DNA of 33,517 nucleotides from an uncultured bacterium (GCA_964506785.1 CAZDME010000007.1:1-33517), one strand, 5' to 3'. Numbered from the stretch's first letter, positions 9,089 to 19,126 are shown. A program made the numbers and translations. Notes: generated from the letters alone by a model not told the origin.

Positions 9089-11388
9089 AAGATTTTTTTA
9101 AAAACCTTCTTTCCGAAGACGACTGGTTGATTAAAGAAAAAAATTGGGAGAGACGCCTGCAGGGTGTGCGCGAGTCTCTTTTTACTTTAGGAAATGGTTA
9201 TTTGGGAAGCCGCGGGGTTCTGGAAGAAATCCCTTATGACGCTAATCAAGGCACTTACATTGCCGGCTTATATGATAAGGCCGGAGCCCAGGTTACCGAA
9301 CTGGTTAATTTACCCAACCCGATAAAATTTAAAATCGTCGTCCAGGGAGAAAAAGTTGATGTAGTCGCTATGGATGTTTTAAGCCAAGAAAGAACCCTGG
9401 ATATGAAAAAAGGATTGCTTAAGAGAAAAGCCCTTTTTAAAAATAGCAAGAGACAAAGATTTGATTATCAATCCTTAAGGTTTTTTAGTAAAGACGACCC
9501 GCACTTAGGGATAATGCGGATTTATTTCACCCCGCTGGATAGTGGAGCAGATATTCTTGTTGAAAGTTCTATTGATGCTTCGGTTACCAATAAAGGAATA
9601 TTAAGCGAGGGAAGAAAAGAACATTTTGGAATTACTAAATTGACTAGCTTCAAAGATATCAATTATCTTTGTGTGGAAACTTTTGAAAGTAAGGTATCTG
9701 TCGGTTACGCCGCTTTACTCAAAGTTAAGAAAGGGGGAAAATCGTTTACTACCCATAAGAGGTCATTCCATTTAAAGCTGGGAAAGGGAGAGACAGTCTG
9801 TTTTACCAAAATACTTTCTATCTATACCTCGAAAGAGGTGAAGAATGTAGAGAAAAAGGCGATAAACTCTTTAAGGAAAAGTGTGGTTATAGGTTTTGAC
9901 GGTTTACTGAAAAAACACTTCAAAGCCTGGGAGAGAAGCTGGGATTTTTCCGATATTTCCATTAAGCCGGATAAGAATATTCAGAAAGTCTTGAGATTTA
10001 ATCTTTATCATCTCTTAATTTCTGGCAATGAGTTTAATGACCGGGTAAGTATCGGGGCGCGCACTTTAAGCGGGGAGGGATATCGCGGCCATATCTTCTG
10101 GGATGCAGAAATTTTTATCCTTCCATTTTTTGTCTATACCAATCCAGTGGTGGCTAAAAATATGCTTCTATATAGATTCCGTATCCTGGATGAAGCTCGG
10201 ATGAATGCCAGGGTAGAGGGATATAAAGGAGCCCTTTTTGCCTGGGAATCGGCAGATAGCGGTTTTGAAGTTACCCCCAAATGGAGCCGTGATTTAGACG
10301 GCCGGGTGATAAAGATACATACCGGAGAGATGGAAGATCATATTGTCGGGGATATTGCCTATGCAGTTTGTCAGTATTATGAGGCTACCGATGACCGCCA
10401 GTTTATGCTCAAGGCCGGATTAGAGTTGCTTTTTGAAACGGCCCGCTTTTGGGCGAGCCGGGGTCAATTCAGCCGGGATAAAAGTGTTTATCACTTAAAA
10501 CACGTAATCGGCCCGGATGAATTCCACGTTAATGTGGATGATAATGCTTACACCAATGTTCTGGCAGGATTTAATCTGGCTAATGCCGTTCGGTTTTATC
10601 GGCAGAACAAACGGGAGTCTCGCCGGGTTTTCCGTAAACTTATAAAAAAAATTAATCTAAGCGAAAAGGAAGTTAGAGATTGGGAAAAGATTGCTGGCAG
10701 CATAGCCATTTCCAGGGATGAAAAGAATAATGTGATTGAATCCTTTTGCGGTTATTTTCAAAAGAAGTATGTCCCCATTAAAAATTTAGACCATAATTTT
10801 ATGCCTCTCTTGCCTAAAACGGTTAATCTTAAAGATATCGGCCAGACCCAATTTGTTAAGCAGGCTGATGTAGTTATGCTCCTTCATCTTTTTCCTGAGG
10901 ATTATTCTTTTGAAGAAAAAAGGGATAATTTTTTGTATTATAACAAAAGAACCCTGCACGAATCTTCTCTCAGTCCATCTATTTATGCGGCTGTCGGATG
11001 GGATACAGGCAATTACCACAAAGCCATGCATTATTTCCACTATGCCCTTTATACCGACCTGAAGAATTATTGCGGGAATACTCAAGAAGGGATTCATGCC
11101 GCTTGTTTAGGCGGCATCTGGCAGGCGGTAATATACGGCTTTGCCGGGGTGAGAGCAACTGGGGATGTTATTTCTTTTAATCCGCATCTTCCTTCTGAAA
11201 TCGAATCGATGAAATTCAAGCTTAGATATCGAGGAGGTTTTTTTTCCATTTCTCTCCGGAAAAATAATTTTGAGATTCTGCCTCGTTTTAAAAAAAGGGG
11301 AAAAATAAAAGTGAAGGTTTGGGATAAAATTTATATGCTTTTAAGTAACAAGGGCTATGTCTTCAAACAAAGCCCCAGGGGGGGATAA
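9085..11388 (+). CDS. Glycoside hydrolase family 65 disaccharide phosphorylase (trehalose/kojibiose/maltose/glucosylglycerol type; substrate uncertain)
   Basis: ESLFTLGNGYLGSRG, GYRGHIFWDAE, GPDEFH (catalytic Glu), KQADV, HESSLS motifs. Confidence 0.92.
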   Translation: MKDFFKNLLSEDDWLIKEKNWERRLQGVRESLFTLGNGYLGSRGVLEEIPYDANQGTYIAGLYDKAGAQVTELVNLPNPIKFKIVVQGEKVDVVAMDVLSQERTLDMKKGLLKRKALFKNSKRQRFDYQSLRFFSKDDPHLGIMRIYFTPLDSGADILVESSIDASVTNKGILSEGRKEHFGITKLTSFKDINYLCVETFESKVSVGYAALLKVKKGGKSFTTHKRSFHLKLGKGETVCFTKILSIYTSKEVKNVEKKAINSLRKSVVIGFDGLLKKHFKAWERSWDFSDISIKPDKNIQKVLRFNLYHLLISGNEFNDRVSIGARTLSGEGYRGHIFWDAEIFILPFFVYTNPVVAKNMLLYRFRILDEARMNARVEGYKGALFAWESADSGFEVTPKWSRDLDGRVIKIHTGEMEDHIVGDIAYAVCQYYEATDDRQFMLKAGLELLFETARFWASRGQFSRDKSVYHLKHVIGPDEFHVNVDDNAYTNVLAGFNLANAVRFYRQNKRESRRVFRKLIKKINLSEKEVRDWEKIAGSIAISRDEKNNVIESFCGYFQKKYVPIKNLDHNFMPLLPKTVNLKDIGQTQFVKQADVVMLLHLFPEDYSFEEKRDNFLYYNKRTLHESSLSPSIYAAVGWDTGNYHKAMHYFHYALYTDLKNYCGNTQEGIHAACLGGIWQAVIYGFAGVRATGDVISFNPHLPSEIESMKFKLRYRGGFFSISLRKNNFEILPRFKKRGKIKVKVWDKIYMLLSNKGYVFKQSPRGG

Positions 11389-11391
11389 GTT

Positions 11392-11778
11392 ATGTTAAAA
11401 TTAAAAGTGAAAGACGTCATGGATAAACATGTGGTAACCGTCTTGCCGGAGGTAGGTGTTAAAGAGATTTGCCGGCTACTTATTAAGACTAGATTAAGCG
11501 GGGTGCCGGTAATTGACAAAAAAGATAAACTAATCGGGTTTATTTCTGAAAGAGATATTATTGCCGCTGTGAATAGAAATGGTTTTTTAAAAAAAAGAGT
11601 TAAGAATATTATGAACAAAAAAGTTAAATCTGTTAAAGAAAATATGTTTACTGAAGAAATAACCAGAATTTTTACTGACCGTCCTTTTAGGTACCTTCCG
11701 GTAATCAGGGCGGGAAAAGTTGTCGGTATCGTCAGCAGAAAAGAAGTTATAGAAAGGTTGCTGGGGCAATATTACTAA
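11392..11778 (+). CDS. Stand-alone CBS-pair (Bateman domain) protein
   Basis: KVKDVM...SGVPVID...LIGFISERDI and VKNIM...YLPVIRAGKVVGIVSRKEV. Confidence 0.9.
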   Translation: MLKLKVKDVMDKHVVTVLPEVGVKEICRLLIKTRLSGVPVIDKKDKLIGFISERDIIAAVNRNGFLKKRVKNIMNKKVKSVKENMFTEEITRIFTDRPFRYLPVIRAGKVVGIVSRKEVIERLLGQYY

Positions 11779-11841
11779 AGTGGGAGACGTAAAAAGAAGA
11801 ATGCTCAGTTATACCGCGAAATTTCTCGTTAAGGAGTAATT

Positions 11842-13038
11842 ATGGCAAATCAAAAAAAGAAAAGGCTGAACATTTGTCACCTTCACTGGGGGTTCCCGCC
11901 TATTATTGGCGGGGTTGAGACCCATTTAAAAACTATTCTGCCCGAAATGTCCAGGCGGGGGCATCGAGTTAGTCTTCTTACCGGCACAGTTGAAGGGTGC
12001 AAAGTTAAAACTAAGTTTCATGGAGTAGATATTTGGCGAAACCCTTTGATGGATTTAAATTGGCTTTATAAAAGAGGACTGCAGGGATTGGATGAAAAAG
12101 TGTTAGAAATATTCAGCAAATTTCTTGATAATTTTAAACCGGATATAATCCATTGCCACAATATGCATTATTTCAGCAAGATGCACATAAAAACTTTGGA
12201 GGATTTAACCCAAAAAAGAAAAATCCCTATGGTCCTCACCGCTCATAACATCTGGGATAACCTTCTTTTTCTAGACCTGACCCGAAAGGTAAAATGGGCG
12301 CATATAATTGCTGTGAGTCACTTCATAAAAAAAGAGTTGATTGGAATCGGCTGTGATGACAGGAAAATTTCCGTTATCCATCATGGTATTGATACAAGAA
12401 AATTTCATCCCCATATTTCTACTGAAAAAATCAAGAAGAAATATCCTCAATTAAAAAATAGAAAGGTGATATTTCATCCGGCCAGAATGGGATTGGCCAA
12501 AGGATGCGATACCAGTATCAAAGCTCTTAGGTTTATTAGAGAGCGGTTCCCTGAAGTTATCTTGGTTTTAGCAGGAACAAAGAATATAATCGACTGGGGG
12601 GCAGTCCAGCAAAAGGATATTGCCTATCTGGTAGATTTGGTGCATTCTCTGGATTTGACCGGGAATGTGCTGATAGAGATGTTTACTTTGTCAGAAATGG
12701 CAGAGATGTATGGGTTGGCTCAGGTTTGTGTTTATCCTTCCAGCGTGGGGGAACCGTTTGGGCTGACTATGCTGGAGGCACTTGCTTCGGCCAAGCCGAT
12801 GGTGATTACTAATACCGGGGGAATGCCGGAAATTATCAGAGACGGCATTAATGGCTTTGTTATTCCGGTCAGAGATTTTGAGGCTTTGGCCTCCCGGACT
12901 ATTCAGCTTTTGGCTAACCAAAGACTGCGTGAGCGTTTAGGGTATACCGGACGGCAGATGGTTAGAAGCCATTACACCAAAGAGATAGTGACTAGAAATA
13001 ATTTAGAGATTTATAGAAAAATGCTGGCTAAGAAATAG
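11842..13038 (+). CDS. GT4-family (GT-B) glycosyltransferase
   Basis: PPIIGGVETH, PDIIHCHN, VIHHGID, EPFGLTMLEALASAKPMV...GGMPEII. Confidence 0.9.
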   Translation: MANQKKKRLNICHLHWGFPPIIGGVETHLKTILPEMSRRGHRVSLLTGTVEGCKVKTKFHGVDIWRNPLMDLNWLYKRGLQGLDEKVLEIFSKFLDNFKPDIIHCHNMHYFSKMHIKTLEDLTQKRKIPMVLTAHNIWDNLLFLDLTRKVKWAHIIAVSHFIKKELIGIGCDDRKISVIHHGIDTRKFHPHISTEKIKKKYPQLKNRKVIFHPARMGLAKGCDTSIKALRFIRERFPEVILVLAGTKNIIDWGAVQQKDIAYLVDLVHSLDLTGNVLIEMFTLSEMAEMYGLAQVCVYPSSVGEPFGLTMLEALASAKPMVITNTGGMPEIIRDGINGFVIPVRDFEALASRTIQLLANQRLRERLGYTGRQMVRSHYTKEIVTRNNLEIYRKMLAKK

Positions 13039-13083
13039 CCCTGTTTAATTTTTTAAAGGCGAGCGGGATAAAGGAGGTAGACT

Positions 13084-14562
13084 ATGTGGACAAAGGAGAA
13101 TCTTAGAGATTTAATTAAAGAGAAGATGGGGGATTATCTGTTCATAGTCGTTTCTAACCGCCAGCCTTATGTTCATGTTTTTAACAAAGGAAAGGTTGAG
13201 TACAAACGAAGTCCTGGCGGCCTGACGGCGGCATTGGATCCGGTCATGCAGGCCTGTCGGGGTATTTGGGTTGCTTATGGCCATGGCGATGCCGACCGCA
13301 AAGTGAGCGATGCTAAAGGAAAGGTTAAAGTTCCGCCGGACAATCCCAGTTATACCTTAAAGCGGGTCTGGCTTTCCAAGGAAGAAGAGAATGGGTTCTA
13401 TTATGGGTTTTCCAATGAGGCCCTCTGGCCTTTAAGCCATATGGCATTTCAGCGCCCCATATTTAGAAAGGAAGACTGGCAGTATTATTCACAGGTGAAT
13501 AAAAAATTTGCCGAAGCAATTATTGAAGAAATTGGTAGTCAAAAAGCCTTTATCTGGATTCAGGACTATCACCTGGCTCTGCTGGCGCAATATTTAAAGA
13601 AAAAATTGCCTACCCAGTTGATTACCGCCCAGTTCTGGCATATTCCCTGGCCGAATTCAGAGGCTTTTCGTATTTGTCCCCAGAAACAGGAAGTTTTAGA
13701 AGGGCTTCTGTCTAACGATCTCTTAGGCTTTCATATTCGTTATTTTTGTGATAATTTTTTTGATACCGTGGACCGCGAAATAGAATGTAAGATTGACCGG
13801 GAACGCCTTGCTATTATTCGAGGCGAGGTAGAAACTTTAGTGAGGCCTTATCCGATTAGCGTCGATTTTCAAGGCATAAATGAAGTCTCTCAATCCGCCA
13901 AGGTTGCCAAAGCTATGGAAGATTTAACTGAAGAATATTCGCTTTCCGGGGTTCGCCTGCTTTTGGGAATTGACCGCATTGATTATACCAAAGGCATTCC
14001 CGAACGTCTTTTAGCTATTGACCGGATGCTGGAAAAACATCCGGAATTAAAAGAGAAGATTGTTTTTTTGCAGATGGGAGTGCTCAGCCGTATCCATCTT
14101 CCCGGGTATAAAGCCTTAAATGAAGAAATTAATAAATTGGTTGAGGAGATTAACTGGAAACATTCGACTGACAGATGGACGCCGATCATTATGGTCCGCC
14201 GGCACCTTTCGCCGGCCGAACTATCGGCTGTATACCGGTTGGGCGATGTCTGTATTGTCAGCTCCCTGCATGACGGCATGAATTTGGTAGCTAAAGAATT
14301 TATTTCTAACCGTTCCGACGGCGACGGTGTTTTAGTGCTCAGTCAATTTACCGGAGCGGCCAGGGAGCTGGGGGATGTCCTTCTCATTAATCCCTATGAC
14401 CGAGAAGGGTTCAGCGAAGGTATATTTCAAGCTTTGACTATGCCTAAAAGAGAACGGAAGAAACGAATGAAAACAATGAGGCAGATTGTCCAGCAGAATA
14501 ACATCTACCGCTGGGCGGGAAGAATTCTTTCTGATTTGTTAAAATTCGAATTTAAGGAGTAA
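13084..14562 (+). CDS. otsA: Trehalose-6-phosphate synthase (GT20)
   Basis: VVSNRQP, PGGL, YYGFSNEALWPLSH, WIQDYHL, FWHIPWP, DRIDYTKGI, DGMNLVAKE, LSQFTGAA. Confidence 0.9.
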   Translation: MWTKENLRDLIKEKMGDYLFIVVSNRQPYVHVFNKGKVEYKRSPGGLTAALDPVMQACRGIWVAYGHGDADRKVSDAKGKVKVPPDNPSYTLKRVWLSKEEENGFYYGFSNEALWPLSHMAFQRPIFRKEDWQYYSQVNKKFAEAIIEEIGSQKAFIWIQDYHLALLAQYLKKKLPTQLITAQFWHIPWPNSEAFRICPQKQEVLEGLLSNDLLGFHIRYFCDNFFDTVDREIECKIDRERLAIIRGEVETLVRPYPISVDFQGINEVSQSAKVAKAMEDLTEEYSLSGVRLLLGIDRIDYTKGIPERLLAIDRMLEKHPELKEKIVFLQMGVLSRIHLPGYKALNEEINKLVEEINWKHSTDRWTPIIMVRRHLSPAELSAVYRLGDVCIVSSLHDGMNLVAKEFISNRSDGDGVLVLSQFTGAARELGDVLLINPYDREGFSEGIFQALTMPKRERKKRMKTMRQIVQQNNIYRWAGRILSDLLKFEFKE

Positions 14563-14566
14563 AAAA

Positions 14567-15034
14567 ATGAAGGTAAAAGAGCTGATAAACCGGGGTGTAA
14601 TTAGCGTAAAACGGTCCACCACCTTGACAGAATTGATAAAGCTTTTCAAGGATTTTCACACTTTCCCTTTAGTGCCGGTAGTTGAAGATGGGAATCGTTT
14701 GGTTGGCATTGTCTCTTTTCAGAATCTGACGGAAATTTTTCGCACCCAGGAGCCGGAAATACTGAAAACAGTTCCGTTTATAGATGAAGAACAGGAAGAT
14801 ATCTTGAAAGCCGATATTTCCCCGGAGATGGGGAATTTAGTCATTGTTGACGACATTATGAAGACTAAATTTTTCAGTATTCAGGAAGAAGCCAGCATTG
14901 AAGAAGCCTATAATTCTATGAAGCTTCATTCTAAAGAACAATTGCCGGTAGTAGACAAGGAAGAGAGACTTATCGGAATTATCGGATTATTTGATATTGT
15001 CCTGGGCATATTTAAAAACAAAGGGGTTGTTTAA
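14567..15034 (+). CDS. Stand-alone CBS-pair protein with an acidic insert between the two domains
   Basis: LVPVVEDGNRLVGIVS ... VDDIM ... QLPVVDKEERLIGIIGLFDI. Confidence 0.88.
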   Translation: MKVKELINRGVISVKRSTTLTELIKLFKDFHTFPLVPVVEDGNRLVGIVSFQNLTEIFRTQEPEILKTVPFIDEEQEDILKADISPEMGNLVIVDDIMKTKFFSIQEEASIEEAYNSMKLHSKEQLPVVDKEERLIGIIGLFDIVLGIFKNKGVV

Positions 15035-15073
15035 AGTAATTTGAAATTTATCAATGCCTATGGGCAAAAAGGG

Positions 15074-15176
15074 GGAATCAGTATTTTAAATCAGTAGGTG
15101 CTGATTTTGCCTGACCGCTTACTCGGTTTTGGCAGGCGGATATTTTGTAAAGCCGGGTAAAGGCGGTTTTTATTTT
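15074..15176 (+). promoter_or_regulatory. Candidate attenuator-type leader (hairpin / antiterminator / intrinsic terminator) upstream of the antiporter genes
   Basis: Hairpin 15074-86/15096-108; terminator stem 15114-130/15149-167 followed by TTTTATTTT; competing stem 15106-116/15131-140. All paired by eye. Confidence 0.5.
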
Positions 15177-15193
15177 ATAAACGAGGTGGGAAG

Positions 15194-16402
15194 ATGAATA
15201 CTGCTTTAGTCCTGGCGGTTATTTTACTGGCCGGGTTAATCGTTCCACAATTAATCGATAAGTTGAAATTATTCCCTCGGAGGTTTAGGTTCAAAATTCC
15301 GGCGGTAACTATCTGGCTTTTAATCGGTATTGCCATCGGGCCTTCTGTTTTGAAATTAGTGCCGGCAGAATTTAATAAGGTCTCGTTTTTTATCTCCAAT
15401 CTCGTCTTGGGGATGATTGCTTTCGGTTTAGGCCAGAATTTTACCAAAAGTTTATTCCAAAAGGTTGGCAAGGTGGTTATGTGGGTTTCTATCCTGGGAG
15501 CGATTGGTCCCTGGCTTTTGGTTTCTTTAGGGTTAACCTTTTTAATGCATATACCGATGCATATTTCATTGGTTTTTGGGGCCATTGCCGCGGCTACTGC
15601 TCCAGCGGCAACCATTGCCGTCATCAGAGAAGCTAAAGCCCGGGGTTATTTTACCGATGTTTTATTAGGGGTAGTGGCTATTGATGATGCCTGGTGTCTT
15701 ATCATTTTTGCCGTGTCTTTAGCTTTGGCCCGAGCTTTCCTCCAGCATATGGCGGGACTTAATAGTTTTTTCGTTCTAAATGTCCTGGTTTCTTCCTTGA
15801 AGGAAATAGGCGGAGCCTTGCTTTTCGGCGGTATTATCGCCATACTTTTTATGAAACTTTCTCGTTTTGCCCGTACCGCGGCTGAACTTTTAACTTTTAC
15901 CTTAGGGCTTATTTTATTAACTACCGGCCTGGCTATATTTTTAGGGATTTCTGTTTTACTAACTAACATGTGTCTGGGAGCAATCCTGGTTAATTTAGAT
16001 AAAGCCAGCTTTACCTTTCTAGAATCTTTGAGGATAGTTGAAACCCCTCTTTATCTTATATTTTTCGTTCTGGCTGGTGCAAGTTTTCACCTTTCGTTTT
16101 TCTTACAATTGGGCTGGTTGGGGCTGGCCTATATTACCCTTCGGGCGCTTGGTAAGGTTGGCGGAGCCAGCCTGGGAGGATTTCTGGGACGGGGAGGAAA
16201 AAAGCTCACCCGGTTTATCGGTTGGGGATTACTTCCTCAGGCAGGGGTCGCTATGGGTGCGGCGCTGGTAGCTAAATCAGTGCTTCCATTTGACTGGGGG
16301 AATATGATTAGCACCATTATTATCGCCAGCACGGTTTTTTATGAGTTGGTCGGTCCGATATTTACCCGGATAGCTTTGGAGAAGGTTGGCGAGGTTTCAT
16401 AA
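15194..16402 (+). CDS. Cation:proton antiporter (CPA2-like), paralog 1
   Basis: Highly hydrophobic 402 aa with AATAPAAT, VVAIDDAWCLI, FFVLAGA and LLPQAGVAMG. Confidence 0.88.
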   Translation: MNTALVLAVILLAGLIVPQLIDKLKLFPRRFRFKIPAVTIWLLIGIAIGPSVLKLVPAEFNKVSFFISNLVLGMIAFGLGQNFTKSLFQKVGKVVMWVSILGAIGPWLLVSLGLTFLMHIPMHISLVFGAIAAATAPAATIAVIREAKARGYFTDVLLGVVAIDDAWCLIIFAVSLALARAFLQHMAGLNSFFVLNVLVSSLKEIGGALLFGGIIAILFMKLSRFARTAAELLTFTLGLILLTTGLAIFLGISVLLTNMCLGAILVNLDKASFTFLESLRIVETPLYLIFFVLAGASFHLSFFLQLGWLGLAYITLRALGKVGGASLGGFLGRGGKKLTRFIGWGLLPQAGVAMGAALVAKSVLPFDWGNMISTIIIASTVFYELVGPIFTRIALEKVGEVS

Positions 16403-16450
16403 AAAAATGGAAGGCTGCTTTCTTTATTATTTATTTGGATATCGTTTGTT

Positions 16451-17620
16451 ATGAATGTAATCCTTGATTTAGGTTTTATACTTTTAGCCGGCATTTTTTT
16501 GGCTAAGTTTATTCGCAAAATGCATTTCCCGGCGGTAACCGCTTATCTTCTGTTAGGTATTTTTATCGGGCCCTCCCTTTTTAATCTTATCTCTCCGGGT
16601 ATTATCCAAATCTCTGGACTTGTTTCTAACATTGCCCTGGGATTTATTGCTTTTAGTATCGGCCAGAATTTTTCTATCGTCCATTTCCGTAAAATCGGCC
16701 GCTCTGTTTTCTGGATTTCTATTTTAGAGGCTTGCGGAGCCTGGATTTTAGTAACCTTATTATTTTATTTTCTCTTGCGGCAGCCTTTTTATATATCCCT
16801 TCTGTTTGGGGCTATCTCGGCGGCTACCGCTCCGGCGGCCACGGTTATGGTAGTAAGGGAGTATAAAGCCCGGGGAATATTTACCGATACACTCTTGGGT
16901 GTCGTGGCCATTGATGATGCCTGGTGTTTAATTATTTTTGCCCTATCTTTTGCCGTGGCCAAAGCTATTTATTTCCATCTTTCCGGCAATTTCTTTTTGC
17001 TCAGGGTTCTCATGAAAGCTTTGCTGGAAATAGGTGGTGCTTTTATTTTAGGCGGGCTGATGGCTTATTTTTCCTCTTTAGTTTCTAAATTTTTACGGAC
17101 CCCTACCGAGCTTTTGGTTTATACCCTGGGGTTTATTTTTCTAAACATCGGGTTGGCTATTGCCTTTCATCTTTCTGTTCTTCTGTCCTCTATGGTTCTG
17201 GGTATGACTTTGGTCAATATAAATAAATCGAGTTTCCAGTTTTTTGATATTCTAAAAAGTGTCGATTCACCTCTTTATTTAACATTTTTTGTCCTGGCCG
17301 GGGCAAACCTGGAGTTAAAACTGCTTGGCCAGATTGGCATTTTGGGGATGAGCTATTTGATTTTTAGAATAATCGGTAAGATGTCCGGGGCTGCTCTCGG
17401 GGCGGCTATAGCTAAGGCGGTTAAACCCGTAAGAAAATACTTTGGATTGGCTTTAATCCCTCAGGCGGGTGTAGCTTTGGGTTGCGCCCTGATTGTCAAG
17501 GCCAATTTTCCTGAGGTGGGCGGGATGATTTTCACCGCTCTGATTGCGACAACTATAGTTTATGAATTAGTGGGGCCAATCTGTACCAAATTTGCCTTAA
17601 AAAAAGCCGGGGAGATATGA
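16451..17620 (+). CDS. Cation:proton antiporter (CPA2-like), paralog 2
   Basis: Same motifs as paralog 1 (AATAPAAT, VVAIDDAWCLI, LIPQAGVALG); 389 aa. Confidence 0.88.
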   Translation: MNVILDLGFILLAGIFLAKFIRKMHFPAVTAYLLLGIFIGPSLFNLISPGIIQISGLVSNIALGFIAFSIGQNFSIVHFRKIGRSVFWISILEACGAWILVTLLFYFLLRQPFYISLLFGAISAATAPAATVMVVREYKARGIFTDTLLGVVAIDDAWCLIIFALSFAVAKAIYFHLSGNFFLLRVLMKALLEIGGAFILGGLMAYFSSLVSKFLRTPTELLVYTLGFIFLNIGLAIAFHLSVLLSSMVLGMTLVNINKSSFQFFDILKSVDSPLYLTFFVLAGANLELKLLGQIGILGMSYLIFRIIGKMSGAALGAAIAKAVKPVRKYFGLALIPQAGVALGCALIVKANFPEVGGMIFTALIATTIVYELVGPICTKFALKKAGEI

Positions 17621-18408
17621 AACATCTTTTCAGCTCCTGGGGAAAAGTTAAGAAAAAATTAGCTTCAAGCCGGCACGTCTTACTTGCCTTTGATTATGAC
17701 GGCACTTTAACGCCGATTGTAAAAACGCCGGAATTAGCCCGGCTTTCGTCGCCGATAAAAAACTTATTGAAAGTTTTATCAGAAAATCGACAATTTACCT
17801 TAGCGATTATCAGCGGGCGGCCGCTTGCCGAAATTAAAAAAATAGTCGGCTTAAAAAAAATTATTTATGCCGGTAATCACGGTTTAGAAGTAGAGGGGCC
17901 TAAAATAAAATTTGTTAATCCCAGGGCTTTAAAGAGTAAAGTTCTAATGCGAAATCTTTTCAATCTTTTATCAGAAAAACTTTCCTCAATAAGCGGGGCG
18001 CTGGTAGAAAATAAAGTTTTGACTTTAAGCATCCATTTTCGTCTGATAAAATCTAAGAAGGCCGTAGGCAAACTACGGAAGATTTTTTATAGCATTATTA
18101 AGCCCTGGCAAATTAAGAAAAAAATAAAAGTTACCTTTGGCAAGAAGGTTTATGAAATTCGCCCTCCCCTGAGATGGGATAAGGGTAAATCACTCAAGTT
18201 CCTTTTAGAAAAAAAATTCCAATTGGAACTTCAGCCTTTAGTTATTTCTTTGGGTGATGACCGGACGGATGAAGATATGTTTAAAGCGGTTAAAAATAAA
18301 GGGATTTCTATTTTTGTCGGCAATCCCAGGGGGTCTTCGGCCCGGTATTATTTGAGAAACGTCGGAGAGGTGAAAAATTTTTTAGAAAGGCTTAATAACC
18401 ATGGTTAA
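17617..18408 (+). CDS. otsB: Trehalose-6-phosphate phosphatase
   Basis: FDYDGTLTPIV, IISGR, YAGNHGLE, GKKVYEIRP...WDKG, LGDDRTDEDMF (HAD IIB). Confidence 0.92.
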   Translation: MKHLFSSWGKVKKKLASSRHVLLAFDYDGTLTPIVKTPELARLSSPIKNLLKVLSENRQFTLAIISGRPLAEIKKIVGLKKIIYAGNHGLEVEGPKIKFVNPRALKSKVLMRNLFNLLSEKLSSISGALVENKVLTLSIHFRLIKSKKAVGKLRKIFYSIIKPWQIKKKIKVTFGKKVYEIRPPLRWDKGKSLKFLLEKKFQLELQPLVISLGDDRTDEDMFKAVKNKGISIFVGNPRGSSARYYLRNVGEVKNFLERLNNHG

Positions 18409-19072
18409 TAAGAACCCATTTAAATTTTTTACCCGGCTGCATCTTTCCGAACTGACCGGACGCAGGGCAATAAATCTTTTACAGCTTCTTACCCATCTTA
18501 AGCGGGTGCCGGGTTCTTACATCTATCACCATACCCATCGTTTTTTGCAGATTCATCAATATTTATCCCCTGAGCCGCCAAATGATTTCGGTTACTGGGT
18601 AACCGAATTCTTGGGCGAAAGTGAATTAGGCGAGAAATTAACCAGCATCGATACTATTCAGTTTTCCACCATTCGTTCTTTAAGGATGGAGATAATTAAA
18701 ACCATAGAGGGCTATATCAGAGAGCATCCTAAGGCTTTGCAGAAGTTTGTCAACCCCGGGCAGGAATTCCATTTTTTAAAATCAAGAAGCTTTGTTTTAC
18801 CGACGAAATATGAAGCCACTACCCTTAGGGAATTTAGCGAGATTTTGAAAAAGATTAGCATTGATTCTATTTACTTCCATATTTTTGAAGCGCGTCTGAG
18901 AAAGGGTAAGGGAATCAACGATTTTTCCGCCTGGATAGAAAATTCGATCGGTGACAGGGAATTGGCAGATAAAATAGCTTCTCTCGATCCTTATACCCGG
19001 ACTATGGAGGATTTACGAAAAACTTTAGTTGAGATAATTGAAGGGAAAATCTCAAAAGAATTAAAAAAATAA
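18401..19072 (+). CDS. DUF5752-type protein (TreT-associated, internally duplicated domain)
   Basis: Two similar halves (PFKF...SYIYHH...NDFGYWV...ELGEKL / EFHF...SIYFHIF...NDFSAWI...ELADKI), located directly upstream of treT. Confidence 0.75.
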   Translation: MVNKNPFKFFTRLHLSELTGRRAINLLQLLTHLKRVPGSYIYHHTHRFLQIHQYLSPEPPNDFGYWVTEFLGESELGEKLTSIDTIQFSTIRSLRMEIIKTIEGYIREHPKALQKFVNPGQEFHFLKSRSFVLPTKYEATTLREFSEILKKISIDSIYFHIFEARLRKGKGINDFSAWIENSIGDRELADKIASLDPYTRTMEDLRKTLVEIIEGKISKELKK

Positions 19073-19126
19073 AGCGTAAAGGTAAAAATAAAGTTCAAAT
19101 TCCGCTTTTTGATTTGGAAGAATATT

